Positions 1 through 10,650 of a stretch of 64,000 nucleotides of DNA are shown here, in pieces. The number at the start of each line of letters is the position of its first letter. Positions within the stretch are counted from its first letter, which is position 1. The notes below the pieces were generated by a model. It made no database searches. It worked only from the letters and a program-made list of their open reading frames with translations, and was not told the DNA's origin. The translations under genes and the position numbers were made by a program. Source of the DNA: Rhizodiscina lignyota. Lineage: Eukaryota. The stretch covers positions 372,001 through 436,000 of the forward strand of contig ML978122.1 of the NCBI GenBank assembly GCA_010015805.1, in the 5' to 3' direction.

Positions 1-832
1 GCAAAAAGTCCGGTAGGGAATTGAGAGCAAGCCGTTGCCTAAAAGATTGTTCATGAAAAAAGGAATACGGTTGATTGTGTACTCGAGCGAAGTAGAGGTC
101 GACCAGAGAATCTCGTACCTCTCGCGGCGGAAGCATCTTGAAGGAACGTCTGAGACAGGTGGTTAATGACGCAATTTCGGAGTCACTACAAGAACACTCA
201 CGGCTCTGACATATCATGTTGGGAGGCGACGACTTTTGCCGCTTGCGAGAGGTCGGATGCGTGTGTACTCGCGGCATTCGTGGGATAGATTATCCCTGAC
301 TGAGAGGATGCACTGGGAGTACGAAGGTTCTGGTTTATCAGGTCAGGGAGATAGCTATACATGGTTATTATAGAATAGACTATTGGTGCTGGAAAGTGTT
401 CTTACCTCATAAGTATGTCTCGTAGGTCATTCAACTTTGCTTCGATTGAAGCGACTCTTGTCGAGAGACTATCCTATAATTGATCTTATAAGATCTGTCT
501 TATCAATGGAGTATATGAACGTACATCGGCGTTCGAGGTGGCAACATCGCTCCCACTTTGAGCACGCTGGGGATCGGGTGTGATGCTACTGCCATTGCTG
601 GGCATCCACTGGCAGTCTTGTGACAACCGCTTGCAATAACTACACACGGGACGCTCCCCAGAGCACTTGGCTTTCTTACGTCTGGGTGAGAGTCAGCGAG
701 GAACTCGACTGGCGGAAGCTCTAAACTCGTCCAGCTTCTGTGATGAGCGGTCGCATACCTGCAGTTCAGACATGCTTGCTGGATTCGCCTGATGCCGCGA
801 TACCCGTTAGGGACAGACCGCTCTGGGGGCAT
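1..832 (-). CDS. Zn(II)2Cys6 fungal transcription factor, 5' part (3' end runs off the window)
   Basis: ATG at 832. Exon 1 (832-759) ends ...QQACLNCR. Intron 758-682 (GTATGC...GCTGAC...CAG) joins it to RKKAKCSGERPVCSYCKRLSQDCQW, giving a complete C6 zinc-cluster motif. Later reading frame shows a coiled-coil-like LSTRVASIEAKLNDL. Confidence 0.9.
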
Positions 833-1315
833 TCTGAGGTGGAATGGAAGCCAATACGTCGTCGCTTGACAGGAAGTCCAATGGGCTCACTCTCGATCTA
901 GACAATGAAGTGTTGGTGACTAGGAGAGGGGAGCAGAAGTTTGGATGTCGGCTGAGGAGTTACTGTAAGACCCGCATTTCGGCTGCCGCATGGGCCGAGA
1001 TTTGTCCTTATGTACGGCACTTCCCTACTACACTGCCGCCAGATTCCTACTTGGGACCAAATCACAATTCCTCAACCGCGGAAAGTTAAAAAAGAAAAGA
1101 GAAAGACTCTTCTTCTTTGGACTCTACGGCATTGTGCTATCTGTTATCCATGCCGCAGGGTAGATCCGAATCTATACGCCTTCTGGGCGACATTTTGTAG
1201 CTGTTTCTCTTGCTTGTACTGATCAATATCGGATACAGTCACCCCCATGCCAAGCTGATCTCAAAATGCCGCCGCGACTGCAAATAATATATTCCTATAA
1301 TATTTGTCTTGGTGG

Positions 1316-3357
1316 TTACATCCTCGCCAACCCCCTGAATCCGACATTGCCATACACAGGATCAATTGTGACAACCTCCAGACACATTCCAAGCACATGC
1401 CTCGTATCTCGAGGGTCAATGATCCCATCATCCAATAAGTAAGCAGAAGTCTTGTAAACTTCAGAATCTCTCTGCACTTGATCACTGAGCTTTTTGGTTG
1501 AAGCTTTGAGCTCATTTTCATCGACGGCACGGTTTGATCGAGCAGCTGCCCCACGGGCAATTGTCTCCATGACTCCACCCAATTGATCAGGACCCATCAC
1601 TGAGCATCGACTGTTGGGCCAAGAGAAGAGGAATCGAGGGGCGTAGGATCTGCCGCACATTGCATAATTGCCGGCCCCATACGAAGCTCCGCAGACGATA
1701 CTAATGTGCGGAACTGTGCTGGTGCTCACAGCGCCCACGAGCTGCGCACCTTTCTTGATGAGACCAGCTCTCTCAGTCTTGAGGCCAACCATGAATCCGG
1801 TGACATTGTGCAAGAAGACGATTGGGATCCGGCTACAGGCAGCAAGTCTGTTGTCAGATTTCATTCGGGGGAAGAATTTGGAACGGGGAAAAGCTTACTT
1901 CTGATTGCAGAGACGAATAAATTGCGTTGCTTTATCCGCTTCATTGCATAGAATGACTGGATTTTGATTCGCGATGATTCCCGTTAGATGTCCTGATGGT
2001 GTCAGAGAAAGAATATTATGGCAGGAATAGCACTGACCATGAATACGTGCCCACACTGTCAGCATACCCTTTCCAAACTGTGGTTTGAACTGGGACATCC
2101 GAGAGCCATCTACGATGCGCAATGTTACTTCTGTCATGTCCAAACTTTGACGGATGTCTGGGTCAACCAGCCCGAGAATATCCTCCATGTTATACTTGGC
2201 ATCCGAATAGACCGATGCTGTCGTTGGCTTCTCCAACTGTACTTGTGCACAGGAAGTTGTGAGGATCCACTCGCGAGCTTTTCGGATTGCATCAAGTCTT
2301 CAAAGTCTGTGTTAGTGATGCGGAGAGCCAAGGTCTGGACGTGGATGCATACTCATCAACAGCAAGTCCGTCTGAAAGTCCGGTCACCGTGGAATGCATA
2401 GTTGCGCCTCCAAGCGCCTCTGCCTCGACGACCTCCCCAGTTGCCATTTTTACCAGCGGTGGCCCACCCAGAAATACTTGTGCTTGATCCTGAACGAATA
2501 TTGTATAGTCTGACAAGGCTGGGTGGTATGCACCTCCCGCTGTTGAAGAGCCGAAGACAATCGCACAGCTTGGCTGCCCATTTTTGGTTCGGAGGGCGAG
2601 ATCTCGAAATATTTGGCCGCCTTTGTGGAAGACTCGAAACTGTTGGGGAAGAAAGACGCCAGCCTGCAGACAATATTTTGTTAGCGAAGTTGCACAGCTG
2701 GTTAAAAAGTGTCGTCGCAAAGCTTCACTTACGGACTGCACGAGTGCTATTAGAGGTAGATTGTTCTCCGATGCAATTGCCGTAATGCGATTTTGTTTCA
2801 AGACTGGGGATCTGTTAACGTTTGGTTGGAATAGGACTTCCACACCTACCTGTTAGCTCATTCCAAGAACCTCCCTGCAGAGACGGGATGTGTGCTAAAA
2901 TCATGCAGATGACCCCACTGTCAAGAAAGGAGTTAGCCATACAAGATGCATATCGTTTGGGAAGGCAGTTCTCACTTCACTACCCCAATGCCTGCGACCA
3001 AGCTTGCAGAAGGGGATGAGTCGTCCAATTTGTGACCCGCAAACGCGCAGAGCTCTAGAAAAGGAGTATCCGGATCTCGCAGAAGAACAACTCTATCTCG
3101 TGCTGAGTTATGTCAACAAATTGATGTTTTATTTCAGTGGAAACCTTACCAAGGATATGTCGCGCCGTGTGCTTTTCAAGGGCTTTTGCAGACTTCCCTT
3201 CCCGACTTGCCTCAACAGATGCGTCTTCATATTTTTGGATAATGTGCTTCCATTTGACGGAGTTTTCTTCGAACTTAGGTGACTTGACATTGATCTTGCT
3301 AGGTATTCGAGGGAACACGTGTTGCCTTGATGTCGAAGCGAAATTAGGAGTAGCCAT
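1316..3357 (-). CDS. Biotin-dependent acyl-CoA carboxylase, carboxyltransferase (beta) subunit, MCC-beta/AtuC/AccD-like; multi-exon
   Basis: ORF pieces 3055-3381, 2292-2843, 1895-2236 and 1316-1864 carry carboxyl_trans motifs (GSSTAGGAYHPALSD, FLGGPPLVKMATGE, LGGATMH, NVTGFMVG, GASYGAGNYAMCGR, DDGIIDPRDTR). They are separated by GT-AG introns; the C-terminus is ...GLARM. Confidence 0.93.
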
Positions 3358-3558
3358 GATGCTGCAGATTAAAAAGCGCAAATCGCAGGTCTGTTATCTC
3401 AATCTCGGGGTTTAATCTTGTAATTAGAAGACACCCGATCTAAGGAGATTCAGTCCCAGAGTGCTACTCACCATGGTATCTAGGATACGGGATCTCGATT
3501 CGCATTCATGACTCCGAGATCGCCGCATGCTCAGTTATTACAGTCAGTTGGGGGGACA

Positions 3559-3584
3559 CGGTCCGTGGGAGACGGAGCGGACCG
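3559..3584. promoter_or_regulatory. Inverted CGG-containing repeat in the divergent promoter; candidate Zn2Cys6 site
   Basis: CGGTCCG (3559-3565) and CGGACCG (3578-3584) form an inverted repeat with a 12-nt spacer between the two divergent genes. Confidence 0.3.
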
Positions 3585-3829
3585 ATCTGAATACCCCGTA
3601 GGAAAAAGGGGTTAGGACTGGGGATGAAAGCGGTCCAAAAAAACCCCCGAATTATATCTTTCGAAGGAGATTTGGGGAAACGCCTTGGTACCTCGTTCTG
3701 TCGGATTCAAATCAATATTCTAAGCCAGTCGCAGTGCACGGCGGTTTTGTTCAACGCGTACAGCTTCACTTTTTCGCTTCACCCAATCGAGAAATACCTG
3801 ACAATATTTCGCACACTGAAATCGAAACC

Positions 3830-5802
3830 ATGGCTATCGAGGACATCCAGCAAAACAGTAATGAAAGGCGCAAAAATTCGACAGCAGTTGCACCAAAACC
3901 GTCTTTCCTTGTTGGGGAAGTCCAGTCACCCCTCTGGGAAATTACACTCACCCAACTTCTTCAGCAACAAGTTCTGTCAAATCCATCTGGCGAATGTGTT
4001 ATTTTTCCAGAGTACAACTACCGGAAAACGTATAATCAGCTGTACCAGACCACCTTAGAGGTTGCCCAAGGACTACGAGCAATCGGCGTTGTCCACGGAG
4101 ACCGAGTTGGAATATTTGCAGGAAATATCCCGGCATATGTCGAACTGTTTTTTGCAGTATCACATGTTGGTGCTGCATATGTGGTTTTCAATACCACTTA
4201 CACACCCAAAGAACTGCAGTCCGCTTTGCAACATTCAGGTAGGCTTCCACTTGAAACTGTGTTAGAGAAACATAGACTTAGAAACAATACTAAATAGGAT
4301 GTAAAGCTGTTTTTGTGGCAACATCAATTGGCAAGACCCAAACTAATGGCATCTTGGATATGTTGAGCAGCAGCAGCCGAAACTCAGTCCTGACTGAACT
4401 GAAGTCTGTCATCTTGCTGAAAGATCAAGCTGGGAGGAATTTCGACACCTATGATCATTTGCGAGAGGCAGGTAAAAGGATTTCAAAGCAGGAACTTTCT
4501 TCCGTCATGGCGTCGAATACCGCAGGCAGTATCTGTAACCTTCAGTTTACAAGTGGCACCACGGGTACCCCAAAAGCAGCAGTGTTGACTCACTTGTACG
4601 TCTTCCATAATGCATGTTAAGAATACAAATACTCATTTTGCATAGGAACATTATCAACAACGGGCGCTTTGTTGGTGATCGAATGCGGCTAACGTCTCGG
4701 GACGTCATTTGTTGTCCTCCTCCGCTCTTTCACTGCTTCGGATTGGTATTGGGCCTTGTTGCTGTTTTCACTCACGGCAGTTGTATAGTATTTCCCAGTG
4801 AGACTTTCCAGCCAGCTTCAGTTCTCAGAGCCGTGGCGGAAGAGCGCTGCACTGGCCTGCATGGTGTGCCAGCAATGTTTTCTGCGGAATTGGAACTTCA
4901 TAAGGCAAACTTGAAATCGATGGATTTCTCATCATTGCGGACTGGGATAGCAGCAGGCTCGCCAGTTTCGAAAAAGATGATGGCGGAGCTGCAAGAAGTT
5001 TTCAACTTAACCGAAGCTACCATAACATATGGTGAGTAAGAGTCTTGCCCTCTTCCACCTGCAGGTAAATAAACTTTGGTAGGAATGACGGAGACGTCGC
5101 CAGCATCGTTCATGTCATTTACGGATGATCCGCTTCACAAACGACTGACAACAGTTGGAAAGATACTCCCACACACTAAAGCGAAGATAGTCGATGTTAA
5201 GGGGAAGGTTGTGCCGGTGGGTACGCGAGGAGAACTCTGCGTCGCAGGTTTCCAGCTCCAGAAGGGATATTGGAGGAATCCCAAACAAACCGCGGAGGCA
5301 ATGCAGACTGATGACGAGGGCTGCCTCTGGATGAGAACAGGTGATGAAGCGATTTTTGATGATGAAGGCTATTGTAGCATCACAGGACGTATTAAAGATA
5401 TTATCATTCGTGGTCCGTCAACACATCATCCCAATGAGAACCGCCAGAGCTGACGCTAGCTATATAGGTGGCGAAAATATATTCCCCTTGGAAATCGAAG
5501 AGAGGTTAGGGCAGCATAAGGCTATAATCCAGTCAAGCGTGGTCGGATTGCCTGATGAAAAGTATGGTGAAGCGGTTTGTGCATTTATTCAGCCACGACT
5601 GTCCGAGCAACTTCCGTCGGCGGAGCGCTTGAGAGACTTCGTAAGACAGACGTTGGGCTGGCACAAAGCGCCCGTGCATATTTTCTGGCTCGGAGAAGGA
5701 GAAGACTTTCCCAAAACAGCAAGTGGGAAGATCCAGAAACATATCTTGAGAAAAAAGGGCCAGCAGAGGCTGAGGTGTATGGCCCGCACATCAAAGATGT
5801 AG
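3830..5802 (+). CDS. AMP-dependent acyl-CoA synthetase (ACSF2/fatty acid-CoA ligase-like); multi-exon
   Basis: AMP-binding motif LQFTSGTTGTPKAA, plus PPPLFHCFG, YGMTETSP across an intron, GELCVAG, RTGD, GRIKDIIIRGGENIFPLEIE and PKTASGKIQK. Ends ...TSKM. Confidence 0.95.
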
Positions 5803-6233
5803 ACTACAATATGATGACGATTGTATATCGTTCGCTCGTTTCTTTCTAGCAATCGAAACGATTTTTTCTTCTTTGGATCGCAACATATTAAATCGATTAG
5901 AATTACCTTTTCGAGCAGTGTATACCCAGGGTATTACCACAGGGCGGCTGAACACCGCCATGATTCTCAAGCTGATGTGGCGCGTGCATGAATTAAGTTG
6001 CCAAGTGCTTTCTATTGGGCTGAACTCGTTGCTGAGTTGCACTCTTGGCCTATGGGTGACAACATCCATCTCACATCGTGGTGTCCACAATATCCCGTGA
6101 TCTTAATGACTGCCCCTCTTCTCAGGAAGGGAATAGCCGATGGAGAGGACTATGCCGAAGTTTTAATTGTTATGATTATCATGCATGCATGACAAGTGAA
6201 GTGAGATGAGCACCTCTAAAGCGATGAAATTTG

Positions 6234-6344
6234 GGGTCCGGCTCAAACACGGCAATACGGTCCGTGACCGTGAGCTATCTAGAGTAGCGGGTGGTTCTGG
6301 TGGGTCCGGCTCAACACGGCACTACCGTCCACGTCCATGAGCTA
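6234..6344. repeat. Two diverged ~43-bp direct repeats
   Basis: GGGTCCGGCTCAAACACGGCAATACGGTCCGTGACCGTGAGCTA (6234-6277) vs GGGTCCGGCTCAACACGGCACTACCGTCCACGTCCATGAGCTA (6302-6344). Confidence 0.75.
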
Positions 6345-7810
6345 GTGACTTCTCGATCTCGCACATCCTTTGTTTCATGTCCCCAAGCTGTACTCCGTAG
6401 GGGGTTCCAGCATCATGTTTGTTGAGCTAATGCTCTTTCTGGGGTATATTATTCGGCTCGGTGTCTAAATCTTCAATGCGGGGTGAATTTGCTGTCATCT
6501 TCTCCATGCAACCCGGCCTTAATTTATTCAACTGGTCTTTACCTTCTCCATAGATTACCTGAATGTATCTACGTGCACAACCTTTTTCTCCTTCTCTCAA
6601 CTGGCCTCAGCAATCGCATCCTTATAAGCAGCAGAAACTAAGCACAATGTCAAACACAAACCTTGAGCAGGGTCAGTACATCCCAAATGGTGATAATGCT
6701 AATAGCATCAAACCCAGACACCAACAATTGGATAACCTTAATCGATATGCCACCTCGTTTGCCCCGTGGTCTTCTACTGCATGTACCCTTACGAAATGCG
6801 ATTCCGTTCGGGCTCCTTCAGGTCTTGTATCCGCTTACGTTCCGGAAATGCTGACAGTGCACGTTCGCGATGCATAGACATTTGCAAATCTCCGATAGGC
6901 CAACTCTGTTTTCAAACGTTCATTATTGTCCTTTCCGCCGAAAGAGTTAACTACTGTGGACTATACGGTTCTTGTAGCTGTATGTAGGATGTCCCGTTCA
7001 GCACGTGCGTAGAAGATCTCATCCAGAATGTCGGAACCACGACGGAGAGCATTACCATTTGCGTATTAAACCCTGCCTGTGAGTAAATCTATTACTTCCG
7101 TGTCGATAGGTGTGTTATTGCGAATTCTCTACTGCCGCAGTTCAACGTCGCAAGGCTCGCAAGGCTCGCAAGGTTTTCTCGTACGATAAAATGATGCACA
7201 GGTACCTTCGCGCACTTTAAAAAGGTGCTGATATGTCATATACGATACGGAGTTCGATTGTTACGAAACGATCTGGAAAAGTCTTCAGTATCCGCACTCG
7301 TACCTAGAGTAGCTACAATTACTTAATTACCATGCTTCCTCATCGATTCAGGTAGTATAGCGTGCCGCCACTGCATTTTAAATGATGCTTTTCCGGCTTG
7401 CTCGACGACGCCCACGTCCACGACGCCTACAGTAGTCAGAAAATATGCGACACAAACTCCGCGCATAAGAAATTTGGAATGACAAATTAAGGCGGAGAAG
7501 CTCAATATATGACTGCATGTTCTTCATTATCTTCCACAGCGTTAGCGTATCGTAATACTATACTTTTGTACCACCACATTGGATCCGATAATTTGAATAA
7601 CTGATTGTTTGTACACGCGTTCGAAGTTTTTTATGGGTGGTTTGGCCCCATTGGAGTCGTTCTTCGTATTGGATTTGCTGTGATGTCGCGAGGAAACAGA
7701 TGTTTGGGGCTGCTCCACGGTATAAAACTACGGGAACGTCCGTTTCTGTTCCATCAGGCTATCAGCTCCATTGAACGCATACACTGTTCATCAAGGTCAA
7801 ACCCATCATT

Positions 7811-8252
7811 ATGAAGTGCACTGCATTCTCATCAATCGCGGCCGCTGCTGCCAGCATTGCGAGCTTGGTAGCGCCCATCTACGCATACTTCAATGCACGT
7901 TAGAAGCTAATATGTTTCCAGGCAACTGCGGACATCATTTTCGAAGTCAATAACGGGCTCGAGCATTTGCTTGATCCAGGTCATGCATTCAGGACGGCAG
8001 AAGGTATACTCTGTTTCCCTGGTGAATCAGATAAATCAGCCTGCTAATCGAGGGTTTGATGCTACAGCTGGCAACCCAGGATTCGCAAATGCTACAGAGG
8101 CTCGTGTTGCGAATGTTGGCCCAGAGGCATGCGGTTGCGTCGTATACGGAAATACTGAATGCGATGGCAACCCGAGCATCGTGGTGAATGGAGATTTCGT
8201 CCAGCTTCCATCGGACATTGCAGGCAAAGTTGGATGCGTCATATGTTTGTAA
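7811..8252 (+). CDS. Small secreted cysteine-containing protein (~108 aa), effector-like; 3 exons
   Basis: TATAAAA at ~7721. Signal-peptide-like MKCTAFSSIAAAAASIASL|ATA. Introns 7868-7921 and ~8004-8067 with GCTAAT branch points. C-terminal CGCVVYGNTECDG...VGCVICL. Confidence 0.7.
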
Positions 8253-9991
8253 CTCGAAGAAGGATGACCGAGCGGGATTGAATGATTCATAGCACAGCCC
8301 CGAAAACCCCTTTAGACTTTGAAATGGTCTTCACTCAACATATTAGCCCACTCTCCGTGCGAGATGTCCCTGTTCAAAGCCACGGTTTGGTGTGCACTTT
8401 AGTACTGAACATTCGGCACTGCCAACGGCGCTATCGACAAAACAAGACGACTTCACGTGCCATGTCAGCGAAAGCTGAACAAGGCGATGGGTAAGCTCCG
8501 AAGCAGCAATACGAAGGAGCATTTCCGATTTTCTAATACGAATGGTTAGCCTTACATTTGCCAAGGAATCCTTCTGCACCGCTTGGTTAGGATAAAAGTG
8601 TAGTGATCTCGCATTTAGCGCATTGGACTTAGCCCCATACGTGCAGGTAGATCGCTATTCTACTCACCAGAGTGCTGCGCAGTCGTTAGCAGAGCTTTTC
8701 GGGTACCTGTGCGTTTTCTATTAGCCAGTGTGAAATGATAATTTGTGCCGTCGACCATTGTTCATACTCTCAAGGCCGGATGTCTAAAATAATCCCTGAG
8801 TTGCGAATATACAACAAAATGCCGAGACCCAATCAGCCAATCTCCTCTTCACTTGTTCGCTCGCCCGCAAAGACAGTAACCATATTGTTCAACGGTGTGC
8901 TCTGGTTCAGGTTTGATTAGAGTAAATCTCTTGCTCGTGAACTCTCTTGAAAACGATAGGGGTTGTAGAGAGCCGGACCTTTTGCTATCGCCGCCTTTTG
9001 CTCGAGCATACATATTCATTAACGCCACGCTTTGCCCTCCATTGCCTTGTATTCCATGTACACGGTCAGTCGCCTCCCCTCTTCGACTTCTATCCCATCT
9101 CCACGCGTAAGCCGCAGCAGCTCGTTCTCTGTGTCGAGATTTGGTGGGCGTGTCTTTACTTGGCGAAGCAGAAGTGGTAGAATCTGGAAGAATGGCCGTG
9201 CTTGATTGTAGGTATTGTGGTTGAGTATGTATAGGCGCAATAGCTATGTGCTGCTAGCTAGGGTTGATCAACGGCTGCCCGTTCGAAGGTAGATCTTTGT
9301 GCTTGCGGCTGAAGGAGGAGGATGAGTTTGAAGTCGCGGCCTCGTGCAGGAGCTTCTGCTGCTGTTACTTTATTGCTATTTTCTTAGTTGCTGCAACGGA
9401 GCGATCAGGAACGGTATCGTAGGCGGCTAAATGCTGGAGAGAGAGTCTTCGGGGTTGACTGGAATGGTGAGATGGAGTGAGAAGTTGGCTGATGTGTCAT
9501 GGAAGGTCAAGGGAGTTGTGGAGGGCGAGGCGAAAGGTTGCGTGTTGAGAAAAAGAGCAAAATAATGGTGGGTGGCCTTGAATTCAACACCACCTCCCCG
9601 CGCTGGCTGAGCCAACTCTTCGCACACCTCCCCTATTGTTGGTAGTGGCCAAGATGATACTATATCGCTTATGTGTAAGGTCTCAAGTAAATTTACCTAC
9701 AGTAGCAAGTAGTGCAGACCTGTGGATGGAAACCTGCCAAACGGATTGGTTGTGGCCATGTACGATGCCAAATGCTTCAGTGGTGGACTGCTAGCTTTAA
9801 ATACCAACTATAACTGATGTTGCGCATGAGAACCTACTAGAGGCGCCTATGCTAGTTGATGGATCATCCTGCAAGTGTTGTATGACAGGCGAACTTTTGG
9901 GAGCATCAAAGCGTAGAGTAGCGTCTTGAAGGCGCAAAAAATAAAACTTAAGATAAAACGACGAAAACGGAGGCATTGTTTGCTCGGCCTA

Positions 9992-10002
9992 GGATTCGAA
10001 CC
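9992..10002 (-). promoter_or_regulatory. Pol III B-box (GGTTCGAATCC) downstream of putative ncRNA copy 1
   Basis: Minus strand GGTTCGAATCC matches the B-box consensus GGTTCRANYCC. The GTTCGAATC core is kept in copy 2 while the flanks differ. Confidence 0.65.
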
Positions 10003-10056
10003 TGTGCGTGCTCACCGCGCAAAAAGGAAGCGCATGGAACCCCAAAAAAAAAAACC

Positions 10057-10170
10057 AAAAAAAACACCTCCCCTTTCGGGGCGAGCAGATAGTTGTACAG
10101 GACAAGTATCTGTAATAACGTTCTCTCTATAGCAATGAATAAACCGCCACAAGGGCGGGTTGAAGGTAGT
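10057..10170 (-). ncRNA. Putative structured Pol III-type small RNA, copy 1 (family not recognised)
   Basis: Terminal stem UACCU/AGGUG; hairpin CCGCC-CUUGU-GGCGG; hairpin CAGAUA-CUUGUCCUGUACAAC-UAUCUG; hairpin CCCC-GAAA-GGGG (GNRA loop on this strand); then T8 (10064-10057). Confidence 0.6.
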
Positions 10171-10474
10171 AAGTATTTAATATAATGGGGGTTAAGAGTC
10201 TCACTGGGGGATAGTATATTTTGGGTTTACGCCGTGCCACTTGTGGCACGCTACCAATCTTACTGAGAGGGGGATTTGAAATTGTATGTATACTCACCAT
10301 CCACCAGTAGATACTCGCCATCTGCAAGTGGATACTTAAAATCATCATCCTGCAAATGTTGCAAACGGAGATGAGCCTCTACGAGAATTATAGCGTAGGG
10401 TAGCGTCTTGAAGGCGGCCAAAAAAAAAAGAGAAAGGAAAGATAAAAACGTAGTGGTGGTGTTGCCCCAGCTCC

Positions 10475-10485
10475 AGATTCGAACT
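10475..10485 (-). promoter_or_regulatory. Pol III B-box-like element (AGTTCGAATCT) downstream of putative ncRNA copy 2
   Basis: GTTCGAATC core at the homologous position, about +165 from the inferred RNA start (about +168 in copy 1). Confidence 0.6.
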
Positions 10486-10523
10486 CAGGGTGATGACTGT
10501 GCAAAAAGGAAGTGGACAGGAGC

Positions 10524-10650
10524 AAAAAAAAGACACCTCCCTTCACCTCAATGTGAAGGGCGAACAGATAGTTGTACAGGACAAGAATCTGCAATTTTAA
10601 GTTCTATAGACTTGGGTTCAAACGCCGCCCGAAGGGCGGGTTGAAGATGT
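10524..10650 (-). ncRNA. Putative structured Pol III-type small RNA, copy 2
   Basis: Terminal stem ACAUCU/AGGUGU; hairpin CCGCC-CUUCG-GGCGG; hairpin GCAGAU...CUUGUCCUGUACAAC...AUCUGU; last hairpin CCCUUCAC-AUUGAG-GUGAAGGG; T8 (10531-10524); AT-rich TTTAAAAAATATTTAT about 14-29 nt upstream. Confidence 0.6.

Larger units (their letters stand above)
9869..10297 (-). repeat. Tandem cassette copy 1 (429 bp)
   Basis: Shares collinear conserved blocks with 10350-10778 (period 481): GCGTAG.GTAGCGTCTTGAAGGCG, GATTCGAAC, GCAAAAAGGAAG, CAGATAGTTGTACAGGACAAG, GGGCGGGTTGAAG, ACTGGGGGAT, TGCCAC..GTGGCA, TATACTCAC. Confidence 0.92.

Noticed and set aside
6647..6990. Possible small spliced gene (MSNTNLEQ|ASNPDTNNW...)
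   Set aside because: Splice signals are plausible, but no convincing complete frame or recognisable domain.
7148..7174. TCGCAAGGC x3 tandem
   Set aside because: Short slippage repeat with no further context.
9978..10020. Intact tRNA genes at the GTTCGAATC motifs (also 10462-10500)
   Set aside because: Only T-arm/acceptor-like 3' fragments are present; there is no D-arm, anticodon arm or matching 5' acceptor strand.
10057..10650. 5S rRNA, spliceosomal snRNA, snoRNA or CRISPR interpretation of the tandem units
   Set aside because: No 5S, Sm or box C/D-H/ACA signature motifs seen by eye; only two long diverged units and no cas genes; eukaryotic context.
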